From Hormiphora californensis (taxonomy: Eukaryota; Animalia; Ctenophora), in the NCBI GenBank assembly GCA_020137815.1, contig CM035360.1, forward strand, positions 5,828,001 to 5,892,000: a stretch of DNA of 64,000 nt. The letters run 5' to 3'. The notes under the pieces are model-generated. The model was not told where the DNA came from. It saw only the letters and a program-made list of their open reading frames with translations, and searched no databases. Shown piece after piece: positions 1 to 11,759 of this stretch; positions within the stretch are counted from its first letter, which is position 1; each line of letters starts with the position of its first letter. A program made the translations under genes and the position numbers.

Positions 1-57
1 ACCTTGGGATTAGTGATAGTATTGTGTAACCACCCCCCGAGTACCCCCCCCCCCCTA

Positions 58-550
58 TTACCTGGTATTATTGAATTTATTGGGTACCTGGTATACAGTT
101 GAAGGACAAGATCCATCCAACTGATTCTCCTCAAGATTACTGGAAATATCATATGCATCAATAATGATACCATACAGGCTCAAGCCGTTGGGACACTTAT
201 AATAATATTGATCAATACCGGCATTACACCTCAGTTTCACGAACCGTCCCGTGGATATATCCCCTAGTTCCACTAGCTCACAGGTGTCCCAGGACAATAC
301 AAACGGGGCAACTGCAATTTAGGGTAGTTGTTAGAATGTCAATAATTAAATCTAATAAATCGAATATTAAATAGAGTCGACACCATGGTTCGGAACACGC
401 CGCGAGACTCTAACAGATCTCCGTCGAGTATTACAGTTGTTAGAAAGTAACAATATTCAGACATTATGTAAATTAGTTAATAGGAACGTTTTTCTCACCT
501 GTAGTCACGGATACAATCACAAAGAAAAATCCAAAGACAAGAAAATTCAT
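58..550 (-). CDS. Small secreted cysteine-containing protein of unknown family (3' end uncertain)
   Basis: Exon 550-499 encodes a signal peptide (MNFLVFGFFFVIVSVTT) ending at a GTGAG donor. The TGCAG acceptor at 316-312 joins it in frame to the 58..297 ORF (VAPFVLSWDTCELVELG...). Confidence 0.5.
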
Positions 551-605
551 TTTAAATTAAATTCGTAGATCGTTGAAATGCAGTTCAGTAAACATTAAAT
601 TATGT

Positions 606-670
606 AGCGCTAAAATTTAACGCAACCCTTTTGTTTTGTCACAATAGCGTTGCGTTAAATTTTAACGCTA
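606..670. repeat. Imperfect ~65-bp palindrome (mini-MITE-like) between divergent genes
   Basis: TAGCGCTAAAATTTAACGCAAC ... GTTGCGTTAAATTTTAACGCTA. Confidence 0.6.
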
Positions 671-1069
671 TTCAACTTATATTTTGTTCTAACCCTCTTG
701 GCTCCTTTAAAATCTGAGAGGCGGGGCATTGTGAGAGAGCTGGTTCGAGTGAATTTTATTAAATGCACCCTTTATACTTCATAACGGAATCTTGATTTCT
801 TGAATCTTGAACAATCTGAACTTTTAATAAATTTAAATTGCTGTGAGAGATCATTTAAAACAAAATCAATTACGCTGTACCGGTACGCGGTTATTACCCA
901 CTTTTTAAATCGATTCTAGCATGTTGAATTTCCATCTGCAGTATCACGGGTTGGTTGGTAGATTCTAACGGGACATATGTGTAGCGTGTACACTGTACAC
1001 TTCCTAGTATGTTGCTATGGGAACCCATTTGAGAATCCATTATATCGACATATTGTTTCAGGTGCTGAC

Positions 1070-4014
1070 ATGTCGACGGTGAAAGCAGATGTGTTTGAAC
1101 GGCACTTTATAGCAGATAGAAATGGTGCAGCTCAATCAGAGGCCGGGGCCCTAACTACTGATCAGACACTTTCTCAGACACTTTCTAAGACACTTTCTAA
1201 GACACCTTGTGCGACACCTACCCAGGCGCAATGTGATACAGCTCCTCAGCCGGTAGAGACTGACATCTCGCAGTCGGTCATCTCACAGCAGCCTGTTGAC
1301 AGTAAAAGACACCAGGACCCTGACTCAGTAAGAAAGGAGACAACAACCTCTCAACTACCCGACCACCCTCCCCCTGCAGCCAACGTTCAACGACCAGCTC
1401 TAAAACTGAGACAAGAAGTCCCTTCTACAAAAACCTCAACTACAGTACCCCCTACTTCTACATCAGTCCCAACAGATCCCATAACACCGGATCAGGTCAC
1501 ATCATCCAGAGCGTCACCAGTAACACCTGACCTCTCACCTGTCCGTTCCCTGTCAACCTCACCTCTCAGACTACACTCTCAGCCACCTATAAAGGAGAGG
1601 CCAGCATCCAGTGAAAGTTTGTCAGAGAATAATACAACCAGATCTGTTTCCATGGCAACAGCGGGCACATCTTCACAAATAGCTGGGAATGGAACTCGAA
1701 ATATCAAGCCACTCCAAGAAGAGGGTGCCAAAACAGACTCCATACCCATTCGTGAACCAGACGAAACACCCGCTCCCAGTTCATCCAGCTCTTCCAAACG
1801 GACCAATATCCACACAACGAATGCCGGTGCATCTGCAGTTTTTACACGACCGGAGTTAGTTGTTGAACTACCTGGGGAACAGAGGACACTATGTCAGCAA
1901 AACATCAGACTTGAACCAATCGAAGCAGAAAAACCGGTAATATTAACAATTCTTTAACAACTCATTACATCCACTACATCGCTATGCCCAGTGCCCACTG
2001 TCCTTCTCAAATCAGTATATCCCAATAGCTTCAGTTCTAACCCACCCAACCACTTCAATATTCCAGATGTGGAGGGAGCTGAGTGTAACTACGGAGGAGC
2101 GGTGCACAAGAGCTGGGGTAACTAGACCCATGTCAACATGTCGTGTGGTTGTAACTGGTGTTTCTCGTGAGTTTATCTTCACTGTGAAACAGGACCAACA
2201 AAACAAACTCAGGTACTGTCGTGATGTGCTTCATAGTTTTTTACTTCATACTGCGCCAGTACCATGGTCTAATTACTGAGGATGGGAAGTGAAACCTAGT
2301 TTCTCTTTTCAGGATGTACCATGATTTTATGCGACTAAAAGCTGCAAAACAGGATCACATTGCTACCCCTGAAAGTGACACGGTCTACTCAGTGCTGATT
2401 GGAGGGGTGAGCCACTAGATACCACTACCTAATTATATATACCGCGAGTGCACATATCACTCCCGCTGTGCGCGACCATTTGCACGCTGAAATATGCACT
2501 GTGCTTCCGCGGGAGCGTGCAGATATACAGGTAGCGGGATATAAGTGAGAAATGTGTTTTTACACCTTATTCACACACAAACACACAAAATATGACTGAC
2601 AAGGTACTACACGACACACAGTCTGCCATTTTACACTCACTCTCCCTCTTTCTCTCACTAATTATCCCCTTACACGTTTTGTTGTTTGCTATTTCCAAGA
2701 ATTCCAATCTCCCTCTCTCGCATCTCTCTCTTTATCTCTCTCTTCTTTTCACTGTTTCAAACTATCAGACCTTCTCTCCCTTGTGTGTAACCGGTGTAAA
2801 GTGTATTTTTGTGTAGTTTTGCTTAGTTTGTACCTTGTTTAGTCACATCTCTCTGTGTGTAATCACCCAAAATTATGATTGTTTTGCTTGTCATGTGTTT
2901 TCTCGCGGAATATATACTCAATAACGTCCTGCACGGCATGTGCAAGCGCCCCTATATCGCACTCGTTTCACTCGTGCAATATAGATGTGAAATGCACTCC
3001 AGCTCCGCTGTCGTGCATTTCACCTCCATATACGCTCTGCAGTGCAGAGCGTATATGGCGCGCTTGCACTGCGTGCAGAACGTTATGTACTATATAATTT
3101 GGTATCAACAGCCGCTATTTACGTTTGGTCCCCAATGTTTTAATTTGTTCACAAAATACACTATTTTACTCCCGGCCACACTTTTCAGGATTACTATCGG
3201 TGCAAGTTTCTATCCCTGGAAGGTGGCAATATCTCCCTGTTTCTAATCGACAAGGGTCACACTGTGACGGTTTCTAATGCTACTACGAAACTACAACTAG
3301 TATCTGATAATCTAGCAGCTAAACCTGTCCTAGCCCAGCCACACACTGTCTTTGAGTGCAGTGTGAAGAATAGGGAGACGTTCCTCCAACTAGCTTCTAT
3401 TGTCCTACTAAATAAAGAGGTGACTGGTGAGATGATCTTATCTACATCTAGAGAACGTGTTTGAAAATATGTATTTTTTTGTTCCCGACCCTTACCCATC
3501 GATATCCGTACCAGTACGTTGTCAACTCACTTTCACCTACTATAATACACCTGCAGGTTGAAATGTTGGAGTACGGAGATGGGTGTGCTGATTTCCTACT
3601 AAACAATGACTATCATGTTTCTGCTTTGTCGTATATTGGCATCGCTGCTAACTGTCTACAAAGAGAAAGGTATTTCTAGGAATATTATAGTTTGCCCTTT
3701 CTTGGAGTCTTGATACCATTGTTTTTTCTTTACTCCTGTTACTACCAAAGGGGAATAATGAATCGTATAATTATTGTTGGTTCCTGCTGCTCTTAGTTAG
3801 CCCAATTATTATGCTATTTCAGAATCCCAGAGTGCAATGTAAAACCCGGGGTACCTCAACAGTTTCTAGTGGTGAACCAGGGACGGAAGCTGTGGCTACA
3901 ACCCACTCCACCGCAAAGTTATTCTACAGAGGATGGGGTGTCCTGGGAGGAGGCGCTTCAGAAGTGCGAGTTAAAACCATTGGGAGAGAAGAAGGCTTAC
4001 TGCATAGTCGAGAG
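1070..4014 (+). CDS. Extended-Tudor-domain protein (TDRD-like) with long S/T/P-rich N-terminus; 3' end unresolved
   Basis: Phase-consistent exons 1070-1936, 2067-2212, 2313-2406, 3189-3419, 3557-3669 and 3823-4014. The spliced product reads CRVVVTGVSREFIFTVK...PESDTVYSVLIGGDYYRCKFLSLEGGNISLFLIDKGHTVTV...LAAKPVLAQPHTV. This follows the extended Tudor pattern (VtxVxxpxxFyv / wYRaxv / fvDyGn / lPxxA). Confidence 0.65.
2441..3090 (+). mobile_element. Composite non-autonomous element (two abutting TA-flanked MITE-like units) in a Tudor gene intron
   Basis: Near-identical inverted copy at ~8326-8920 and a fragment at 7109-7180. Unit A ends CCGCGAG/CTCGCGG. Unit B has imperfect TIRs (ATAACGTcCTGCACG..TGCAAGCGC) and an internal hairpin TATACGCTCTGCA-G-TGCAGAGCGTATA. 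Confidence 0.8.
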
Positions 4015-5152
4015 GTGAGTTTGAAGCAGGGTGTTTGAATAATGAATGTTGCTGTTTTTAGATAAGGGTATCATTCTTCTCCCTACAAGGGCATATCGAT
4101 GTATTGCCCCCTAATCCCTAGCATACCTAATTGACCGGCATAACTTCTACTGTTCGTTATGTAATGTGTTGTTTAAACAGATGTCACAGGTCACTGAGAC
4201 AGCCTGAAAAAGTCAAACCTTTCCAGGTCCGGAGAGAGAGCTAGGGGTCAGATTCTTGAATCATTTTCGGGTGATTACACTGTCTTGCTGATAGACAAAG
4301 GGAAGGTAGTTGAAATGGCACAGAGAATGTGGGACTTGCCTCAGACATTCTACAGCGTCCCAGCCAAGGTAGATTACACACTCTGAGTGGTGATAGGGAG
4401 ACTCGTTTCACTGCCAATATATCCAATGACGTAGGGCGCGAGGTGTACAATGTTGATAAGTTCGCGCGCATCTAACATTTACACCCACATGAGAATTTGT
4501 CCTGAGAATCGCGGTCTCCCCCAACCGGTTGTGATCCCAGACCTCCCTTTTTCAGGTGTTTCACTGTGACTCAGAGGAGTTAGAGACGGTGGGAGACACA
4601 GTGAGGGGTTCTATTTTACGAGATGAGGAGAGAGACAGTTGGGTATTCACCAAGGAGAAATGATGGGGATAGTGGGAGTGAATGAAGAGACTGATATGAA
4701 GACTCTTGAATATTTATTGTTTCAAATACGCTGTTTAATTATTTCACACTTTTAAAAAGGCTGTGTTTTGTTGGTAAATAATAGTTAATATTATATCGGT
4801 GTTACACATAATACTACTCAGAGTTAATATTTTACATTAATTATCGAGAGAGGCACATATCAATTAACATGCCTTTCTGATGAGAGAACCTTGGACTGAG
4901 TGAAATATTGAAGCGCTTCTAGCACAAATGAATCACTCTCAGATACAGATACGAAACAAAAAGAATGAGCATTATATCGCGTACGGAGTGTCATTTCCCG
5001 TCAAATTCAACAGATTAAAATGCTTGTCCAGTATTATGTATCACTCATCCTCTCTCATATTCTCACAGTTCATTCTGTCTTGTCTCTTGACGCCTCTAGA
5101 GAGCACAACACAACACAGCAGAGTTAAAACACATCTTCACCTGTTTCTCACC

Positions 5153-7994
5153 CTAGCTTGTAGAATATTTGGGACCTTGTCTGACCGTGATATCGGAGAA
5201 TGGAGCTGACTGTGACACAGTGATGGTTTCCGTCTTTTTCAGCAGCAACAAACTGTAGAACTTGCTGGCGGCTTGTTTCCTGTTGCTACCCTCTGCAAAA
5301 CTGAAGAACTGAACCTGCCCAGCGGTATCGAGATCCTTTTTCAACAAGTTTAGAACAGTTTGAGTCCTCTTGTTCCATCTTCTGTTATCGAAATCTTCGA
5401 ATGTTTCCCCCTCTCTCTCCTCCACATCAGACAACTCTCCATCCTCGCCTCCTGTCCTCTGTTTCTTCCTCGGGCTACCTCCCTCCTCATCACTACTACT
5501 GTCATCCTCATTACCAAAGTTGAGGCCGAAGAAGTCATCTGCCGGGCCATCATCATCACTAGAAACATTACCACCAGCACTAGCACTAGGAGGAGCAATA
5601 TCACCCCCTCGGGAGGGTGACTTCTTGCCCGGTGATGAGAAGGAGTGATCCTTACTGGGTGATTTCTTGATCTGTACAATAGGCTCCACCCCATCTTCAT
5701 CTTCGTGAACACTAACAACATCATCTTCATCATCGTCCTCATTAGGGAACTGTAGTGTCAGATTGTGTGTCAGGAGCTTGTTTAGTTGAACCCCCAAACC
5801 AGGCCGACCAGGATTGGAGAAGAGCTTATCAACTCCAGCAGTGGCCTTCCAGTGCATAGATTTCCTGGTAGGTGGGGCAAACGAGGGTGGCTGTACAATA
5901 TCATTGGTACTGTCAAGTTCTCGTCTGATAAAATCTGAACTAAGCTGTTTCTCCTGATCAATAACCAACTTCCTCTTCTTCCTGGCCCTGTTATAGTCCC
6001 CAGCCTCCATTATGGGCTCCAATAGGAACTCATCTTCAGCTACAGACATGGGCTCATGTACCTCTCTCCCACCTAGGTTCCTGGTGATATAATGGCCACT
6101 GGGAGGTTCTCCTTTGTAGTGCTGGGGCGTCATTCCACTCTCCCCGTGGTACCTCATATGGGCCGGGGAGTCGTGGCGGGGTGTCATCAGGGACATGTTA
6201 CCGTATTGTTTTCCGGGCTCTTCAGCGGTCTCTAGTTGTGAGTAGTCGCCTGTGTTGAAGTTTAGGGATTGCTCAAGAAACTCTCCTCCTAGATCAGACA
6301 TTTCTGGGATGTTCAACATTTCAGTTCGCATTGGGGTCTCCTGAGAGGGGACAAAGAGGTGTTAGATTTACTACTAATACCATGCAGAAAGGGGCTGAAT
6401 TCTTTATTTAGATTCAATATAAGTGTTGAACAGGTAAAACAGTTTTCTAAACATTTAACTCACTCTGATGGTCTGTTCCTCCTGTGTTACAGAATCATGA
6501 AGTGTACTTTTCTCCACTGTCTGATCATCAAACATTCCACTCTCCTCAGTAACTGTAGTGGCAGCTACTGTTTCATCTACAGCTTCCTTTCTAGCTACCT
6601 CGGGCTCCTCGAGGTTGCTCATTCCGAACTCCATGTTACCCAAGTTTCCCTCTTCGAAATCATTCAGGGAGAAGACTTTGTTCTGTGAGAGATCCTCTCG
6701 CATTGTGATGTCCTCAACTCGACCCTGGTTCAGACCAAATTGGGCGGTCATGTCGAGACCTCTGAAATAGGGGAGAGGTGGGTTAGAAAGGGCGGGAAAG
6801 AGGTGGTTTGGCAGCTGTTAGGCCAATGCTCTGACAGTTTGGCAGTCAATTTGCTGAGGGGGGGGGGGTGTCATCGGGTGTGTTGCAGTGTTGTGCTGCG
6901 CGTTCTATAATTCCCTCCAAAATGTGAATGTAGTGCGCCGCGCGAACACTGCTTACAACCCCCACTCTCCACTCTAACCGAGGCGTTTCACTGCTGAAAT
7001 TGTGTAATTTAACACAGGGAGATACGTCGCGCTCTCCGCGCACAACAACAAAATCCCATACCAGGTCCGGTGTGTCAGACAAATATCACCCCGTATATAT
7101 ATATATATACCGCGAGTGCACATATCACTCCCGCTGTGCGCGACCATTTGCACGCTGAAATATGCACTGTGCTTCCGCGGAAGAGGTGGTTTGGCAGCTG
7201 TTAGGCCAATGCTCTGACAGTTTGGCAGTCAATTTGCTGAGGGGGGGGGGGTGTCATCGGGTGTGTTGCAGTGTTGTGCTGCGCGTTCTATAATTCCCTC
7301 CAAAATGTGAATGTAGTGCGCCGCGCGAACACTGCTTACAACCCCCACTCTCCACTCTAACTGAGGCATTTCACTGCTGAAATTGTGTAATTTAACACAG
7401 GGAGATACGTCGCGCTCTCCGCGCACAACAACAAAATCCCATCCCAGGTCCGGTGTCAGACAAATATATCAACCCGATATATCCGAAAATAACAATTTCA
7501 CAACTCAGACTCACCCGAAATCCATGATTGAAGAATCAAAGTCATGAAACACCTCAGGCAGGGTGACTGCATGCATTGGCGCCTCTCTGTTTTCTTCTGG
7601 CATGTCAACTACACCAGGTCTGAAAGCCATCTTGATCTTTACAAATGCCTCTGAGCAGTCCGTTAGGAGATACTTAGCTTTTCTAGAGTAGATCCTGACC
7701 ACACCAAGCAACAAGTGACCTGGAGAGGGAGGTTAGTTGTTGAAGAACATGAAAACGACGAAATTTGACCCTCGAAGAAGCTACGACACGGTCCCACAAC
7801 TATAACACCCTTTATCTGGTATTACCTGTAGTTCTAAGTGCCAGCTTCTGTTTAGGGCTGATAATCTCACTAATAGAGTCTGCAATGTTAGTCTCGTATA
7901 CATGTGCTTTGGTTAGTTTCTTGTCCCAATGGGCGGCCAGCCACACCCGGGTAAGGGCACTCTTCTTAGCCAGGAACACATTAGCGTAAAACAT
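5153..7994 (-). CDS. rad21: Cohesin kleisin subunit Rad21/Scc1 (4 coding exons: ~7994-7826, ~7719-7514, ~6761-6461, ~6340-5153)
   Basis: N-terminal domain [71 protein letters not shown]-binding segment [34 protein letters not shown]-terminal winged helix [29 protein letters not shown]. ExxR separase-type site EEPEVAR. Confidence 0.97.
6797..7467. repeat. ~290-bp direct duplication in rad21 intron 2, separated by (TA)n and a MITE fragment
   Basis: 6797-7087 is nearly identical to 7181-7467; the spacer 7109-7180 matches 2441-2512. Confidence 0.9.
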
Positions 7995-8006
7995 CCTGGC
8001 TGTACA

Positions 8007-8112
8007 TAGATGGATATGGTTAGTGACAGTGGGGGAGGGAGTAGATGGATATGGTTAGTGACAGTGGGGGAGGGAGTAGATGGATATGGTAAGTGACAGT
8101 GGGGAGTGGGGA
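8007..8112. repeat. 35-bp tandem repeat x3 immediately upstream of the rad21 acceptor and ATG
   Basis: Unit TAGATGGATATGGTTAGTGACAGTGGGGGAGGGAG; the minus strand contains the branch-point-like CACTAAC. Confidence 0.85.
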
Positions 8113-8325
8113 GGGAGTACATAATGAGTCTACATAATGAGTTCGATCACAAGACAAGATTAAGTTATGGCAGGTGTTCCTGCTGTAGAGACACCTGTGT
8201 CAGGGGTGGGGGTGCAGGTGGGGGCTCAAAATGGGGAACTAAAACGCAGAGAGATTTCTAAAAATGTTCCCGAAATAATAAAACTATAAACCAACACTGA
8301 CACAATAAACACATTGAAAAAAAAG

Positions 8326-8920
8326 CGTATATGGAGGTGAAATGCACGACAGCGCAGCTGGAGTGCATTTCACACCTATATTGCACGAGTGTAACGAGTG
8401 CGATATAGGAGCGGTTGCACATGCTGTGCAGGACGTTATTGAGTATATATTCCGCGAGAAAACACATGACAAGCAAAACAATCATAATTTTGGGTGATTA
8501 CACACAGAGAGATGTGACAAAACAAGGTACAAACTGAGCAAAAACTAGACAAAAATACACTTCTACACCGGTTACACACAAGGGAGACAAGGTCTGATAG
8601 TTTGAAACAGTGAAAAGAAGAGAGATAAAGAGAGAGATGCGAGAGAGGAGATTGGAATTCTTGGAAATAGCAAACAACAAAACGTGATAAGGGGATAATT
8701 AGTGAGAGAAAGAGGGAGAGTGAGTGTAAAATGGCAGACTGTGTGTCGTGTAGTACCTTGTCAGTCATATTCTGTGTGTTTGTGTGTAAAAACACTGCGA
8801 GAACACATTTCTTACTTATATCCCTCTGCCTCCATATCTGCACGCTCCCGTGGAAGCACAGTGCATATTTCAGCGTGCAAATGGTCGCGCACAGCGGGAG
8901 TGATATGTGCACTCGCGGTA
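8326..8920 (-). mobile_element. Second, inverted and 3'-truncated copy of the composite MITE at 2441-3090
   Basis: Reverse complement matches 2441-3035; the track ORFs 8258..8485 and 2875..3246 are near duplicates of each other. Confidence 0.85.
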
Positions 8921-8960
8921 TATATATTGACATGCATTTATCACACATTTATCTAATAAA

Positions 8961-9668
8961 TTAAGTTCTAAACCCTGGATTCTTATACTCTCTATGTGTG
9001 TAATACTTTGGTCGTGTGTCTAACCGTACGTGTAGATAATAAACACCCAAACCACTTGTACTAACCCACAAAACCTCGTTAGGTCGGGTTGCTAACCAAT
9101 TCTCTGCCTCAGTTGCTATGGTAACCAACAGAGCATTACTCTGCTCCGTGCCAGCTGTACGGAGAAATGATGCGAGATGTGTTGGGTTGATATTGGATCT
9201 AGGACAGGGTGCTACTAAAATAGCGTCCCTACCTAGATTAGGGAATGTCACAACTGTATCACCCGTGAAGTGTGACTCAAATGCCCGGCTGTCTGTTCGT
9301 GCGGTTGACAGAGAGGGAGCATTAGCAACAATAAACTCAAACCCCTGGCTCTCACCCATCTCTGCAGATATTGGGGGGAGTTCCCAGAATACAGCTGCAA
9401 AGTTATTCACAATGACACTCTCCTTGACAAGATTTCTAAAACTCTCAGATGTTTTCAGCAACTTTAACCCCGCACGATAAGATAGTTTAGTTCCATCTTC
9501 CTTGTAGAATATAAACTTATAAACACTCTTGGACACAACTTCCCTTCTACTAGTGACTTCTCCAGGCATAACGATGTGTTGCTTTGGTTGTTCTAGTGTT
9601 GACCTAGCGAGAAGGAGAATAACAGCTAACCCGACACACACTCCCACGCCTATTTCTCGGTCATACAT
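8961..9668 (-). CDS. Intronless DUF6940-like protein (bacterial-type uncharacterised family) with N-terminal hydrophobic anchor
   Basis: Motifs FWELPP, FEFIV, AFESHF, FPNLGRDAILVAP, HLASFLR, WVSTSGLGVYYLHVRLDTRPKYY match my recollection of the DUF6940 consensus. IGVGVCVGLAVILLLA is a signal or TM segment. Confidence 0.75.
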   Translation of the reverse strand: MYDREIGVGVCVGLAVILLLARSTLEQPKQHIVMPGEVTSRREVVSKSVYKFIFYKEDGTKLSYRAGLKLLKTSESFRNLVKESVIVNNFAAVFWELPPISAEMGESQGFEFIVANAPSLSTARTDSRAFESHFTGDTVVTFPNLGRDAILVAPCPRSNINPTHLASFLRTAGTEQSNALLVTIATEAENWLATRPNEVLWVSTSGLGVYYLHVRLDTRPKYYTHREYKNPGFRT

Positions 9669-9717
9669 AAACCCTAAAGAGAGAAGTTGGGAGGGTTAAC
9701 ACAATACACACAACATG

Positions 9718-11496
9718 TTAACTGTTCTGTGTTAACCTGTGTTCCCTGACACAGTTAACACTACAAAACTTCCATGACTCTCTCTCAAAGGGCACCAGCC
9801 CATCTAGTCCAGTACCACAGTTCTCACACGTCCCACTAGTATGTCCCCGGGTCTGTGTCGCTAACCGTCCCTCTGCAGCCAACAAACACCTCTCTCTTGG
9901 TGTTAAAGTTTTCATTCTGAGTTTCTGGGCCTCAGATATCAGTTTATCTTCTTCCCTCCTTTTTTCCTCCGCCGCAGCAGCTTTTCGTTCCTTATCCTTC
10001 TTTGCCTTAGCAGCACGTTGTGCTTTTCTCTTATCCTGTTTCTTCCTAGCTTGTTCCTCCTCCATTTCCACTGTCAGAGGGGTGGGTATTTTAGCAGATC
10101 TGTAATCCCACTTGTCAGGGTTGCGGCCCCAGAACCTCCTGAATTCATCTCGTACCTCTTTAGAAGATGCGACCTCGTAAGGAGTCTTCCTGGTGTTATC
10201 CTTCACTTCCGGGTTAGCTGAGTGGTCTAGGAGAATCTTAACAAACCCAGGGTTAGGAGATCTGGCTGCTGAGTGGAGGAGGGTTGAGTTGTCAGTAGGG
10301 AGAGGGAAATCCAGGTTTAGACCTGGTGGAAGGACAAACAAGGATGGATTGTTGGCAGTGATAAAGGAGATTAGATCTGAGTACGGAGAGGGGATCTTGA
10401 TCTCTGGGGAGGGAGATAGTTCCGATTCCTCTTGGTTGTCTAGGTCTGGTGTGATAGTTCGATCTGTAATCCGTTTCTTCAAATGAGAGTTTGGAATAGA
10501 ACGCGGGTTTACTTGTGGCAGCTCTATTTTAGATTGCCCTTCTTCCCGTTCCTCCTGCTCTCTCTTTACCCTCCTGACCTCTCTCTCCTTCTCCATCTCG
10601 CTCTCAAACACCTTCCCAATCTTGGTGACTAGATCGAACACCCTCCTAGTCTCCTTTAGTGTAGGCCGGTATGTACTAAATGGAACGGGTCTGATTGTCT
10701 GTTTACTAGGTAGCTTCTCTTTCAACTTGGTAAACACGTGACGGTTATAAACTGCTGTCCGGTGGTATATCACGTGACAGGTCGCCAGGGTCTCTGACCA
10801 TGTGTCGAGGAGTTTCTCAATATCTGTAAACATTGTAATTTGGTTATGTCGCCGGAGAGATGATCCACAAGATTTTGGGGCATTACCTCCTTTACCATCA
10901 CGTATACCCTGGAGTGTCCCTTGTTTAGCTCGAACTGTATACCGATGGAAAGTTTTATGAAGGAGCATGTTACCACCAGGTTCAAAGATAGCTCCAGCAT
11001 AGTGTTGTGCACTGTACAGCAACACTGCAACCCGGCCAGTAAATGTGAGGGCACCATCAGGGGTGGGGCGGGTAACAGATACAATTGTATCAGAGAGAGT
11101 GTCATTAGTCAGGGAGGACACTTGTTGGGGGTTGAATAGGAGAGAATGGAACGCCTTGTAACACTGCTCCCCCTGTTTAAACAGCACATACGGACTGGAG
11201 ATAATGGCAGTAGTCAACTCAGGGGTGTCCTCTAAAAATTGGCTCACAGCCACTTCTCCCACCTCCTCCTCCTCTTCCTCCCCGCTCCCACTAAGGGATG
11301 AGAGGTCACCCTCACCATCACTATTACCACACATCTCAGCAAACTCGAGTTCTGATAGTATCCTCCCTGAGGGTTTTAAGGATTGTTTAACGTTGTAGAG
11401 ATGCCAGTCTAGTTTATAGTGAAGGATTTGGTCCTCCCGGTCTGAGAATGTGTAGGTGCACGTTCTGCAGGAGCGAGGGGGTGGTTCCTCTGACAT
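9718..11496 (-). CDS. ANKZF1: ANKZF1/Vms1 ribosome quality-control tRNA endonuclease (intronless CDS)
   Basis: C2H2 finger CRTC..HYKLDWH; VLRF1 motif HKTFHRYTVRAKQGTLQGIRD with catalytic Gln; ankyrin repeat TLLHSAA..ILLDHSANP; coiled coil; VIM-like RERCLLAAEGRL; C-terminal treble clef CENC..FCSVNC. Confidence 0.95.
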   Translation of the reverse strand: MSEEPPPRSCRTCTYTFSDREDQILHYKLDWHLYNVKQSLKPSGRILSELEFAEMCGNSDGEGDLSSLSGSGEEEEEEVGEVAVSQFLEDTPELTTAIISSPYVLFKQGEQCYKAFHSLLFNPQQVSSLTNDTLSDTIVSVTRPTPDGALTFTGRVAVLLYSAQHYAGAIFEPGGNMLLHKTFHRYTVRAKQGTLQGIRDGKGGNAPKSCGSSLRRHNQITMFTDIEKLLDTWSETLATCHVIYHRTAVYNRHVFTKLKEKLPSKQTIRPVPFSTYRPTLKETRRVFDLVTKIGKVFESEMEKEREVRRVKREQEEREEGQSKIELPQVNPRSIPNSHLKKRITDRTITPDLDNQEESELSPSPEIKIPSPYSDLISFITANNPSLFVLPPGLNLDFPLPTDNSTLLHSAARSPNPGFVKILLDHSANPEVKDNTRKTPYEVASSKEVRDEFRRFWGRNPDKWDYRSAKIPTPLTVEMEEEQARKKQDKRKAQRAAKAKKDKERKAAAAEEKRREEDKLISEAQKLRMKTLTPRERCLLAAEGRLATQTRGHTSGTCENCGTGLDGLVPFERESWKFCSVNCVREHRLTQNS

Positions 11497-11759
11497 GGGA
11501 GCTAGAGAGAGAGGTGTGGTTAGGTAATGTCATACTGATTTGGTTCTAAACTAATTAAATGGGGGTGTAGACGAAAGATACAAGATGAGATTTGGTTAAA
11601 AAAATAATCATGTGAGGAATCACATACAGAAAATCACAATAATAAGTTGTAGATAAGTTAAACGCTTTCAAAAAACATAAATACACACTTTCTTTCTCTC
11701 TCCTTCTCTCTCTCGCTCTATCCATCTCTCTATCCATCTCTCTCTCACTCCTCTCTCTT

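Noticed and set aside
2592-3246. Duplicated ORFs at 2.6-3.2 kb and 8.3-8.9 kb as paralogous genes
   Set aside because: Both lie within copies of a non-coding MITE and have no protein-like motifs.
6846-7426. Two similar short minus-strand ORFs as alternative rad21 exons
   Set aside because: They arise from an intronic direct duplication; rad21 exons 2 and 3 give a continuous Rad21-like sequence without them.
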